NCBI GenBank assembly: GCA_040753675.1
Contig: JBFMEB010000006.1
Location: 4,561-68,560 of the forward strand
Source: Candidatus Omnitrophota bacterium
Lineage (GTDB): Bacteria; Omnitrophota; Gorgyraeia; JAHJTE01
Direction: 5' to 3'
Length of the DNA: 64,000 nt
A program made the position numbers and the translations under genes. Under the pieces are notes generated by a model. That model saw nothing but the letters and a program-made list of their open reading frames with translations. It was not told where the DNA came from and made no database searches. Below, in pieces: positions 28,902 through 37,788 of this stretch; the stretch's first letter is position 1, and the number at the start of each line of letters is the position of its first letter.

Positions 28902-29287
28902 AGGCAGAAGCTGGAGGCTCAATAAAAAAGAGGATTCTTGTTGTTGACGACGAGCCAGACTTTCTCATGGCCATTAAGGCAATGTTAGAGGCTAATAATT
29001 TTACTGTTTTGACTGCGGTTGACGGCCAGGAAGGGTTGAATTTAGCAAGGCGAGAAAAGCCTGATTTGATTGTTTTGGATTTAATGCTTCCCAAGATGGA
29101 TGGATACAAGGTATGTAGGTTCCTTAAATTTGATGAAAAATATCAAAAGATTCCAATAATTATGCTTACTGCCCGGGGCCAGGAAGAAGATAAACAACTA
29201 GGAAAGGAGATGGGCGCTGACTTCTATATTGTTAAATCAGAGAGGCCGGAGGTTTTATTGGATAAAATTAAGGAATTTCTTAAATAG
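28898..29287 (+). CDS. Single-domain response regulator
   Basis: LVVDDE, LDLMLP, IIMLTA, K. Confidence 0.92.
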   Translation: MKAEAGGSIKKRILVVDDEPDFLMAIKAMLEANNFTVLTAVDGQEGLNLARREKPDLIVLDLMLPKMDGYKVCRFLKFDEKYQKIPIIMLTARGQEEDKQLGKEMGADFYIVKSERPEVLLDKIKEFLK

Positions 29288-29289
29288 CC

Positions 29290-30924
29290 ATGGAGAAAAC
29301 CAGCAAAATATTAATCGGGATAGATATAGGAGAATATTCTATTAAAGCTGTAAAGATAGAAAAGACAGCTTCGGGATTGCGGATTCTAGATTTTATTACC
29401 AAAGATGAAATCTCTAAAAATGCACAAGGCGAAATCGACCCCGCTGTTATAAAGGATATTTTAAATAAGTTCTCAATTGAGGGGGCGCAGATTTGTTCTG
29501 TTATTTCTGGAGGAGACATAGTAGTTAAGCACGCTATTGTGCCATTTATGCCCAAGGAGGAATTAAAAGACGCAGTGCGTTGGTCTTTGAAGGAAGTAGT
29601 AAATTTCAACTTAGAGGAAAGCAAAGTCGACTTTCAGATACAAGATGCTATTACCGGCACAGATGGCATAAAGCGCAACGAGGTCTTAGCTGTAGCAGTT
29701 AACAATGCGGTTATTGATAAAAATGTAAAATTACTCCAAGCAGCCGGCATAGAGCCATACTTAATTACTACGAGCCATTTTGCCTTAGCAAATTTGGTTG
29801 CGCATAACGAACGAATAATGCAAGGTAAAACCAATGTCTTGATTGACATCGGGTTTAAGAAAACTACCATCTTAATTTTTAGAGGCACAAAATTAGAATT
29901 TATCCGACAGATTTCTTCCGCAGGAGATAGTTTTACCAAGGCTTTAAGCGGCGTGGTGGTTACATTTCCCAAACGAATAGAATTGGATTTTAAAAAAGCG
30001 CAAGAGTTAATAAGACAATGCGGCATTCCTTCTAAATTTGAAGCGAATGCTAACGTCCAAGATGTTCCGTTGTCTCAAATATCTGTATTAATGCGGCCGG
30101 TTTTGGAGCGTTTTCTCACTGATGTGCGGGGCTCTTTTAAATATTTTAGGGAAGAATTCCAAGTTGAGTCAATAGATCAGATTTTTTTATCAGGTTCCGG
30201 TGCGATGTTAAAGAATTTAGTTGAATTTGTAAAGGATGGTTTGGGAGGTATACCTACTCAGTTAATTCCCATGCCTGAGCGGTTAGGCTTCCAGGTAGAT
30301 AAAGATAAGTTGTTACCCCTTCTGCCTGCATTGTCAGTGAGTATAGGAGCATGTTTAGGAGAGGATAATGTTATAAATTTAGTTCCTAAGTCGGTAAAGA
30401 TGCAGAAATCTATAAGTGTCCAGCAAAGAATATTAAGTTTTGCTGGTATTATACTTCTTATAATTGTACCTTTTACTTTCATATCATTAATACTAAAGTT
30501 GAACCGTTATAAAAGGATTCTCATATCCTATAATGACTATTATAGTAATCTGGTTAAATTACGCACCTTGAGGGATAATATTGTCGAACGCCAGAAGTTT
30601 TTCAATGAAATTATCGGTCGGGAACAAAATCTTTTCTTATATTTGAAAGAATTGAGCCGCATCGTGCCCAGTGCAATTGAGTTTAGGCATCTTGAATATG
30701 ATAAAACCCAAGAGATATTTTTAATACAAGGCTTAGCTTATAGCGCTGAAATTTCTTCTGAGAAATCTTTATCTAATTTTCTGCTTGACTTAGAAAATTC
30801 TCCTTATTTTAGTGATGTAAATCTGATTTCTAGCAAAAAAACTAGTACCGATCAGATAGAAATCGTAGATTTTGTATTAAGTGTTAAATTAACCAAAGTT
30901 AACCCCGTTAGAGATTACAAGTAA
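29290..30924 (+). CDS. pilM: PilM-PilN fusion protein, copy 2
   Basis: IGIDIG, IDIG, LSGSG, INLVP, TM, LENSPYFSDV; last residues encoded by the TIR element. Confidence 0.85.
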   Translation: MEKTSKILIGIDIGEYSIKAVKIEKTASGLRILDFITKDEISKNAQGEIDPAVIKDILNKFSIEGAQICSVISGGDIVVKHAIVPFMPKEELKDAVRWSLKEVVNFNLEESKVDFQIQDAITGTDGIKRNEVLAVAVNNAVIDKNVKLLQAAGIEPYLITTSHFALANLVAHNERIMQGKTNVLIDIGFKKTTILIFRGTKLEFIRQISSAGDSFTKALSGVVVTFPKRIELDFKKAQELIRQCGIPSKFEANANVQDVPLSQISVLMRPVLERFLTDVRGSFKYFREEFQVESIDQIFLSGSGAMLKNLVEFVKDGLGGIPTQLIPMPERLGFQVDKDKLLPLLPALSVSIGACLGEDNVINLVPKSVKMQKSISVQQRILSFAGIILLIIVPFTFISLILKLNRYKRILISYNDYYSNLVKLRTLRDNIVERQKFFNEIIGREQNLFLYLKELSRIVPSAIEFRHLEYDKTQEIFLIQGLAYSAEISSEKSLSNFLLDLENSPYFSDVNLISSKKTSTDQIEIVDFVLSVKLTKVNPVRDYK

Positions 30925-31182
30925 TGTTCTACACCTATGTTCTTAGAAGCAAAAAGGATAAAAAGCAATATACCGGCACTACTTCTAACTTACGGAAACG
31001 CTTCAAGGAGCATAATGATAACAAGGTAACCTCTACCAAAGGCAGAGGCCCTTTTGAACTAATATATTTTGAATTCTGCTTAAACAAACACGATGCCTTT
31101 GCTAGGGAAAGATTTCTAAAAAGTGGCATGGGTAAACGTTACTTAAAAAACAGATTGAAGCGTTTCCTATCTCTAACGGGGT
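30902..31182. mobile_element. TIR element carrying a GIY-YIG nuclease gene
   Basis: 14-bp perfect TIR ACCCCGTTAGAGAT (30902-30915) / ATCTCTAACGGGGT (31169-31182); TAA on both sides of CCCC..GGGG. Confidence 0.85.
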
Positions 31183-31184
31183 AA
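30924..31184 (+). CDS. Small GIY-YIG nuclease family protein
   Basis: FYTYVLRS..YTGTT..RFKEHN..TKGRGPFELIY.E..ARERFLKSG. Confidence 0.9.
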   Translation: MFYTYVLRSKKDKKQYTGTTSNLRKRFKEHNDNKVTSTKGRGPFELIYFEFCLNKHDAFARERFLKSGMGKRYLKNRLKRFLSLTG

Positions 31185-31185
31185 A

Positions 31186-31842
31186 ATGAAACCTTTAACA
31201 TTAGACATTGATAAGCGCCAGATAATAATTTTAGTTGTGGGCGTAGCCATGCTTTTTGCCCTTATCCTCTATTGGCAATTTTTTTATGCGCCTAAAGCCG
31301 CGGAAGTTTCAGCTATATCTGTAAAGGTTAAAGATCTAGATATTAATATTAAAGAAGAGGAAGCTAAGCGTCAAGCTTTGGACTACGAAAAAGAGATAAA
31401 TAAAATCCAACAAGAAGTCTCTCGCCTTCAGGATAAATTTCCTTCCCAGAATGAGTTGCCAACTTTATTCCAGGAATTATTTAATCAAGCTGATAAATTT
31501 AAAATCGAAATTATCTCTCTTGAGCCGGATAAGCCATCCATTTATAAAACACAAGGCGAAGAAAAGACTGGTCTCATTTTTAATAAAGTTCCCTTAAAAA
31601 TACAGTTGAGGGCAAACTACAAGCCTTTAGCTGAATTCTTAAAAGCATTATATGAAAATCCGAAATTTGCTTTTAGTTTTGATGATTTAAAAATAGACAA
31701 GATTCAGAGCCGCGAGACTAAAGTTGCAAAATTAGAAATTAATTTAGTCTTAGGTGCGTTTGTCTTGTCTCACGAAGGAGCTGTATCTCTGGAAGAGGAT
31801 TTGCAAAAAACTTTTGATATGAATCTGCGGGGATTAAAGTAA
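31186..31842 (+). CDS. pilO: PilO-like protein, copy 2
   Basis: TM, coiled coil, FPSQNELP, YKPLAEFL. Confidence 0.8.
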   Translation: MKPLTLDIDKRQIIILVVGVAMLFALILYWQFFYAPKAAEVSAISVKVKDLDINIKEEEAKRQALDYEKEINKIQQEVSRLQDKFPSQNELPTLFQELFNQADKFKIEIISLEPDKPSIYKTQGEEKTGLIFNKVPLKIQLRANYKPLAEFLKALYENPKFAFSFDDLKIDKIQSRETKVAKLEINLVLGAFVLSHEGAVSLEEDLQKTFDMNLRGLK

Positions 31843-32402
31843 TGGATAAAGAGAAGAAAGAATTGATACTAGCACCCATACTTGTTATTATAGCCATACT
31901 ATTTGTCTTATCTACCGTAAAAAAAGTTATGCGCTCTTTTCCGCAACGCAAAGTGGGAATGCCTTCTCCGGCTGTTATAGATAAATCAAAATTACAAAAG
32001 CATACTCCTGTTCCTTTAAGCCCACCACGATTTGAAAAAGTTGTCCCCTCAGAGATAAATGCTGCGCCAGCCGAGGAAGCCAAATTTGATATTGACACTA
32101 TAGACTGGGGCAGAGACCCTTTTACTTTTGATCTGGCACTTCTTTTTAGCTCAGATAAAGATCAGGGGCACTTAGCAAAATTAGAACAACTTTCCAGGCT
32201 TAAACTCACCGGCATGATTATTTCTAAAGACAACCCGAAGGATTCAATTGCGGTAATTAACGGCGAAAACTTGAAAGTAGGAGAAATGATCTCCGGATTT
32301 ATATTGAAAGAGGTTAAGACTAATTCTGTTGTTCTGGCGTGGGATAGCGAAGAATTTACATTGATGCTATGGGAAGAAGAATCCCAAAAGAAAGAAAGGT
32401 AA
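31842..32402 (+). CDS. PilP/GspC-like protein, copy 2
   Basis: WGRDPF, LTGMII..AVING..VGEMISG; paralog of 15742. Confidence 0.65.
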   Translation: MDKEKKELILAPILVIIAILFVLSTVKKVMRSFPQRKVGMPSPAVIDKSKLQKHTPVPLSPPRFEKVVPSEINAAPAEEAKFDIDTIDWGRDPFTFDLALLFSSDKDQGHLAKLEQLSRLKLTGMIISKDNPKDSIAVINGENLKVGEMISGFILKEVKTNSVVLAWDSEEFTLMLWEEESQKKER

Positions 32403-33103
32403 ATAAGCCTGCCATAATTAGCCCCGAGACACTACGAGCTATTTCTAAGATAAGCGAAGCTATTATCTCTGATTTGTATCTGGAAGATATACTGCGTTTA
32501 ATTGTGACGGTCAGCGCGAGAATAATGAATTCAAAGATTTGTTCATTGATGTTATTAGATCCTCAAAAAAATGAGTTGGTAATTCGTGCCACTCAATCGG
32601 TTAGTCCCTTGTATAACAAAAAGCCGAATTTAAAAGTTGGTGTCGGCGTTGCTGGTTTAGTAGCTAAAGAAAACAAGCCGATGATTATCAGTGATGTTAA
32701 AACAGATCCGCGTTATTTAAATAGAGAAATTGCCAAAAAAGAAAATTTATGTTCCCTCTTAAGCGTGCCCTTAAGAGTTAAAGGCAAGGTCATCGGTGTT
32801 TTTAATTTATACACCTCTAAGCCACATAAATTCAGCGATGCTGAAGTTAAGGTTTTAACCAGCGTGGCTAATCAGGCAGCGATTGCTATTGAGCACGCTA
32901 GACTTATGGTAGAGACTGATGTAATTAAAGAGGAATTGGCAACGCGAAAAGCAGTAGAGCGGGCAAAGGGACTACTTATGCGCCAGGAAGGCTTAGATGA
33001 AGAAGGTGCCTTCAGAAAGATTCAGAAGACAAGTATGGATACACGCAGGTCGATGCGTGAAATAGCCGAAGCAATTATTTTAACAAGCCAAATGAAGAAA
33101 TAG
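32369..33103 (+). CDS. GAF-ANTAR RNA-binding regulator (start uncertain)
   Basis: GAF domain then TRKAVERAKGLLM..EEGAFRKIQKTSM..MREIAEAII. Confidence 0.88.
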   Translation: MGRRIPKERKVNKPAIISPETLRAISKISEAIISDLYLEDILRLIVTVSARIMNSKICSLMLLDPQKNELVIRATQSVSPLYNKKPNLKVGVGVAGLVAKENKPMIISDVKTDPRYLNREIAKKENLCSLLSVPLRVKGKVIGVFNLYTSKPHKFSDAEVKVLTSVANQAAIAIEHARLMVETDVIKEELATRKAVERAKGLLMRQEGLDEEGAFRKIQKTSMDTRRSMREIAEAIILTSQMKK

Positions 33104-33137
33104 CCCCTTCTGTTAGGAATTAAAATCTTTCCTGCTG

Positions 33138-35420
33138 ATGGTCAAAAATAATATTTATTCAGAAACAGTTAAGCTTCTTGGGCTTACCGTCAAGAAGGTC
33201 TCCCTTTATTCGCGAAACCATCCCATCGTAACAGCATCAATGAATCAGCTATTCCAACATTTACAACAGATACTTTCTGAAATTTCTCAGGTTACAATTT
33301 CCACCAAAGGAGAAGAGATATTTTTTAATGACACCTCTTTGCTGCGCAAAGAATTAGGAACACAAGAATTAATTGAAAAATTAAAACAATTCCGCATAGA
33401 TAGTATTTCTTTTAGTCCTGGCTTAGAATTGAAAGAATTGGAACATCTGATTCTTGTTTTAAGTAGCGGCAAGAAAATAGACGAAAACCAACAGCAACTC
33501 AAAGATAATTTTTTCAGCAAAGGTTTTGCTCATATACGTGCCAATCTTATTCGCTACGAAAAAGTAACCGAAGGACAAAGAGTGGTAGCGAAAGACGCTA
33601 TCTTAGAGGCAGAAAGTTTTATAAAAAAGGAAGCCCAAGAGCCAGATAAACCGGGAGAAATAATTCTTAGCGATTTTCTTAGTGGAAAAGTATTAGATCT
33701 GCCTTTAGAGAAATATCAACAGGACATTTTATCAAAATTTATAAATAATCCTGCGAGTTTTGCCCAGCCAATTTTACAAGCAGCAGTTTCCCGTGGAAAC
33801 TTAGGTGAGATTTTAGATAAATTTAAGGAATTCATTTTAGATGCGTTAACAAATGAACTTTGCGCTAAAAAAAGAAAACCAGAAAGATTAGTTTCTTCTT
33901 TTGAAAAAAGTATCGCTTCTGGCTTAACTGAGCCACAGATAGCTGAAAAACTCAAAATAAAAAAAGACGAATTAACCGAAATTTTCTCAAAATTTAACGA
34001 TGAACTAAAACTTCATATGTTGATTAAGTACTTCCAGGATAGTAGGCCTAATAATGATAAATTTATAGAGCGCTCGAGTAAATTGCTAACTGACAACGAA
34101 GAATTGAATAGATTAAAAGATAAATTGAAACAAGCGTTATTGGATGGCGGCTTGACAGATGTTGATAGCGATGCCTTGCTTGGACAGATTGATAATACCT
34201 TGGTGAAAGAGGAAAAAATTACCATCTCAAAGATAGAATATGAGCATTTGAAAAATAAGGCAGAAATTTTTGATAAGACATTGCTGGAAAGGGTAAAACA
34301 GGTAACCCTGGAGCTGGAAAAGAAAACTAAGCGCCTAGGGGATGAGAAAGAGCGGGTGGATACTGTAATCCGCAATCTCGCCGAGGGCCTAATTGTGGTT
34401 GATAAAGATGGCAAAGTGGTGATGATTAATCCCGCCGCTGAGCAATTATTAGGAATTTCCAAAGAGAATAAGATAGGCAAACATATACTAGAAGATATCA
34501 GTAGCCATCAACTTGTGGCTTTAACAAGGGGAAATTTAGCTGACGAAGGTGGGCAAGTCAGCAAAGAAATAGAGCTTAAAAGTAAAGACGAGAAGACCCA
34601 GAAGATATTGCGGGCAAGCACGGCAGTGGTAGAGAATGAAGACGGTAATACGGTAGGTATGGTTATGGTTTTAAGTGACATTACTCGACAGAAACAAGTA
34701 GAAAAAATGAAGTCAGACTTTTTCTCACATATGAGCCACGAATTACGTACCCCCATTATTGCGGCACAAAAGTCTATCTCGCTTTTGCTAACTCAGACAG
34801 CAGGAAATATTAATGATGACCAGAATAAATTTTTAGGTATTGCCAATTCTAACCTCGTTCGGTTATCGCGATTAATTGACAATATACTGGATATGTCAAA
34901 AATTGAAGCTGGCAAGCTAAAGATTAATTCCATTAAATTCGATATTGCTGAGCTTATTAGAGATATCACCAATTCTCTTTCTAGTTGGGCTACTGATAAG
35001 CATATCCAGCTGGTTGCTGATGTGCCTGGTAAAGCAATCGAGATTGAGGCAGATAAAGAGCGGATTAGCCAGGTTCTGACGAATTTTATAGGTAATGCAC
35101 TTAAATTTACACCTCAGGAAGGCAAAATCACAGTTTCAGGTAAGGAACTAGTTAAAGATGATATAGAATCAATCCAGGTTAGCGTAACAGATAGTGGCAT
35201 CGGCATTGAAAAAAATGACCTGGAGAGAATATTTAATAAGTTTGAACAAGTAAGCCTATCATCTCCCATAGGAGTAAGTGGAACCGGTTTAGGATTATAT
35301 ATATGTAAAGAAATTATCCAATTACATAATGGCAAGGTTTGGGCTGAAAGTGAAGTCGGGAAAGGCAGTGCTTTTAGCTTTATTATTCCAAAGAAATTCG
35401 TAAATGAAGCCACAACTTAG
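33138..35420 (+). CDS. PAS sensor histidine kinase
   Basis: PAS (INPAAEQLLG), SHELRTP, NALKF, GTGLGL. Confidence 0.9.
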   Translation: MVKNNIYSETVKLLGLTVKKVSLYSRNHPIVTASMNQLFQHLQQILSEISQVTISTKGEEIFFNDTSLLRKELGTQELIEKLKQFRIDSISFSPGLELKELEHLILVLSSGKKIDENQQQLKDNFFSKGFAHIRANLIRYEKVTEGQRVVAKDAILEAESFIKKEAQEPDKPGEIILSDFLSGKVLDLPLEKYQQDILSKFINNPASFAQPILQAAVSRGNLGEILDKFKEFILDALTNELCAKKRKPERLVSSFEKSIASGLTEPQIAEKLKIKKDELTEIFSKFNDELKLHMLIKYFQDSRPNNDKFIERSSKLLTDNEELNRLKDKLKQALLDGGLTDVDSDALLGQIDNTLVKEEKITISKIEYEHLKNKAEIFDKTLLERVKQVTLELEKKTKRLGDEKERVDTVIRNLAEGLIVVDKDGKVVMINPAAEQLLGISKENKIGKHILEDISSHQLVALTRGNLADEGGQVSKEIELKSKDEKTQKILRASTAVVENEDGNTVGMVMVLSDITRQKQVEKMKSDFFSHMSHELRTPIIAAQKSISLLLTQTAGNINDDQNKFLGIANSNLVRLSRLIDNILDMSKIEAGKLKINSIKFDIAELIRDITNSLSSWATDKHIQLVADVPGKAIEIEADKERISQVLTNFIGNALKFTPQEGKITVSGKELVKDDIESIQVSVTDSGIGIEKNDLERIFNKFEQVSLSSPIGVSGTGLGLYICKEIIQLHNGKVWAESEVGKGSAFSFIIPKKFVNEATT

Positions 35421-35437
35421 CGAGCAAGCTAAAGTTC

Positions 35438-35457
35438 CCTGCCTGCCGGCAGGCAGG
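35438..35457. repeat. 20-bp GC palindrome (REP-like)
   Basis: CCTGCCTGCCGGCAGGCAGG; second copy at 45878-45896. Confidence 0.8.
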
Positions 35458-35491
35458 TGTAAGTTATCTGCTCATTGAAGGAGGTCAATCA

Positions 35492-35920
35492 ATGGATAAA
35501 AAAACACCAAATGCAAATAGCGACATAGACATACTACTTATTGATGATGAGAAAGATTTTGTTTCAACAATGGAATTTTGGCTTAAAGGTCAAGGCTACA
35601 AAGTTCAGACTGTCTTTAATGGCCAAGATGCTTTAAAAATAATAAAGGTGCAGGCTCCACATATTGTTTTTCTCGATATAAATATGCCGGTTATGGACGG
35701 TATTGAGACCTTAAAAAGGATTCGGCAGATTGATAGCGAGCTACCGGTAGTTATGATTACTGCCCATGATACTGACGAGAACAGAAAGGAGGCTTATAAA
35801 TTGAAAGCCAATGCCTTTTTTGATAAGTCAAAAGACTTCTATGAAGCAGACCATATTATAAAATCAATATTGCATTTTTTTGCTAAGGGCAAAAAAGACA
35901 ACAATAAAAAGGGCAATTGA
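35492..35920 (+). CDS. Single-domain response regulator
   Basis: LLIDDE, LDINMP, VVMITA. Confidence 0.9.
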   Translation: MDKKTPNANSDIDILLIDDEKDFVSTMEFWLKGQGYKVQTVFNGQDALKIIKVQAPHIVFLDINMPVMDGIETLKRIRQIDSELPVVMITAHDTDENRKEAYKLKANAFFDKSKDFYEADHIIKSILHFFAKGKKDNNKKGN

Positions 35921-35942
35921 TAAGGGTATCTTTTAGGAAATT

Positions 35943-37160
35943 ATGCCAGAGCTGAAAGATAAAAAAATACTACTCGCCTCAAGCGATACAAATTGCGCTG
36001 AGATAATTATTTTATTGCTTAAAAGCTGGGGTTATGCTTCGTCTTGGATAAAAGAATCCAAGGAGGTAATTGAGGCTATCTCAAAATTGCAACCAGACTT
36101 AATTATAGTTGATTCTAGTTTAGGCGGGACAGATCCCTTTAATCTTATCAAAGAAATAAAGGCAGATTACCACAATGGTCATATACCTATACTAATGATA
36201 TTAGAAAAGAAGAATGTGCGCCGAGATATTTTAGAGATTGAACAAGGCCTGGATGATTACCTGACCAAGCCGCCTGATCCTATTGATTTAGAGGTGCGTC
36301 TGGAAATGGCGCTTCGTAGAACCGAGCATCATTTTTTTGCTAACGCCCTGTCAAAGTTACCTGGCAGCCGGATGTTAGAAAAAATTATCCAGCAAAAACT
36401 TGAGCATAAAGAAATATTTTCATTTCTTTACTGCGATATAAATAATTTTAAATCCTTCAACGATAAATACGGTTTTGAGCGCGGCGATGCAGTTATAATG
36501 CAGACGGCACATATTATTACTAATGCAGTGAAGCTATTCGGTAGCACAAATGATTTCGTCTTTCACATTGGAGGAGATGATTTCGTCATACTTACCTCAA
36601 GTGTATCTGAGGCAGCAGTAACTAAATATATAATTGATGAATTTGATAAGTTGATTCTTTTTCATTATGCCCCTATAGATAGGGACAGAGGTTTTATAAG
36701 GATTAGAGATAGGCAAGGAAAGATTGTCAATTTTCCCCTAATGGCTATATCTATTGCAATTGTGAATAATGTAGATAGACAGATTAATAGTTTGATTGAA
36801 TTTGTTGAGATAGCCTTTGAAATTAAACGCTATCTAAAACAAGACAAGCATAGTTCTAGTCTGGTTAATAGAAGAAAAGCGAGATACGATTACGAGATTA
36901 AGAAAGAAGACGAATTAAAACAGGAAGCCAGAGTCAGTAGCCTTAAAAAAAGACAGATATATAGGCCTCTTGGCCAAATACTCCTAGAGAAAAACTTAAT
37001 AAATAATCAACAATTGGAAAGCGCTCTTATTAAACACTGGAGTTCTAACCGTCGTCTGGGGCAGGTGTTAGTGGATATGAATCTTATTGATTCTAAACAG
37101 TTAGAGCAAATCTTTAAAAAGAGCCCTAAACATTCGCAAGCCCACTATGTTGGAGCATAA
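35943..37160 (+). CDS. REC-GGDEF diguanylate cyclase-like protein with C-terminal MshEN-like repeats
   Basis: Atypical REC; DINNFKSFNDKYG..GD; GGDDF; tail RPLGQILLEKNLI..RRLGQVLVDMNLI. Confidence 0.82.
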   Translation: MPELKDKKILLASSDTNCAEIIILLLKSWGYASSWIKESKEVIEAISKLQPDLIIVDSSLGGTDPFNLIKEIKADYHNGHIPILMILEKKNVRRDILEIEQGLDDYLTKPPDPIDLEVRLEMALRRTEHHFFANALSKLPGSRMLEKIIQQKLEHKEIFSFLYCDINNFKSFNDKYGFERGDAVIMQTAHIITNAVKLFGSTNDFVFHIGGDDFVILTSSVSEAAVTKYIIDEFDKLILFHYAPIDRDRGFIRIRDRQGKIVNFPLMAISIAIVNNVDRQINSLIEFVEIAFEIKRYLKQDKHSSSLVNRRKARYDYEIKKEDELKQEARVSSLKKRQIYRPLGQILLEKNLINNQQLESALIKHWSSNRRLGQVLVDMNLIDSKQLEQIFKKSPKHSQAHYVGA

Positions 37161-37164
37161 TTTT

Positions 37165-37641
37165 ATGGAAATAAAAATTTACGGCGATCCTATATTGCGA
37201 AAGAAATGTTTTACGGTTAAAGAAATAGGCGAGGGAGAACTGCGTATCTTTGATGAAATGCTGCAGGAGATGCGCAAAAAAGGCGGCGTTGGCTTAGCTG
37301 CTTGCCAAGTAGGCATTAATAAACAGATGCTTGTGGTTGATGTGGCAGGTAAGATTTTAAAGTTAGCTAACCCAAAGATACTGAAGCGCCAGGGGGCTTT
37401 AGCTATTGAAGAAGGATGTCTAAGTTTACCTGAAATTCTAATTAAAGTTAAACGAGCAAAGAAGATAAACTTAGAAGCTATTAATGAATTAAACCAGAAA
37501 ATTTCACTAACTTGCGAAGATATTTTAGCTATTGTTTTGCAGCATGAGATTGACCACTTAGAAGGCAGGTTAATAATCGATTATCTTCCCTGGTATAAAA
37601 AGATTAAGGCAATAAGAAAATTGAAAGCAAAAAAAGCTTAG
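37165..37641 (+). CDS. def: Peptide deformylase
   Basis: GVGLAACQ, EGCLS, QHEIDHL. Confidence 0.95.
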   Translation: MEIKIYGDPILRKKCFTVKEIGEGELRIFDEMLQEMRKKGGVGLAACQVGINKQMLVVDVAGKILKLANPKILKRQGALAIEEGCLSLPEILIKVKRAKKINLEAINELNQKISLTCEDILAIVLQHEIDHLEGRLIIDYLPWYKKIKAIRKLKAKKA

Positions 37642-37707
37642 GAGAGAAAGATGCCCCTCAACAGTGCTCGGGCTCAAGTGAAATTTAGCGCCAGTGGCAA
37701 ATTTCAC

Positions 37708-37736
37708 TTGACAAAAATAAGTAAAATTGATAGTGT
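37708..37736 (+). promoter_or_regulatory. Putative sigma70 promoter overlapping a hairpin end
   Basis: TTGACA-17 nt-TAGTGT; the -35 overlaps the hairpin caagtgaaattt..aaatttcacttg (37675-37710). Confidence 0.45.
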
Positions 37737-37788
37737 AGACCTACTAATTTTTATTTTAAAAAATAAAATTTTGAAGGATTAGATTAGT

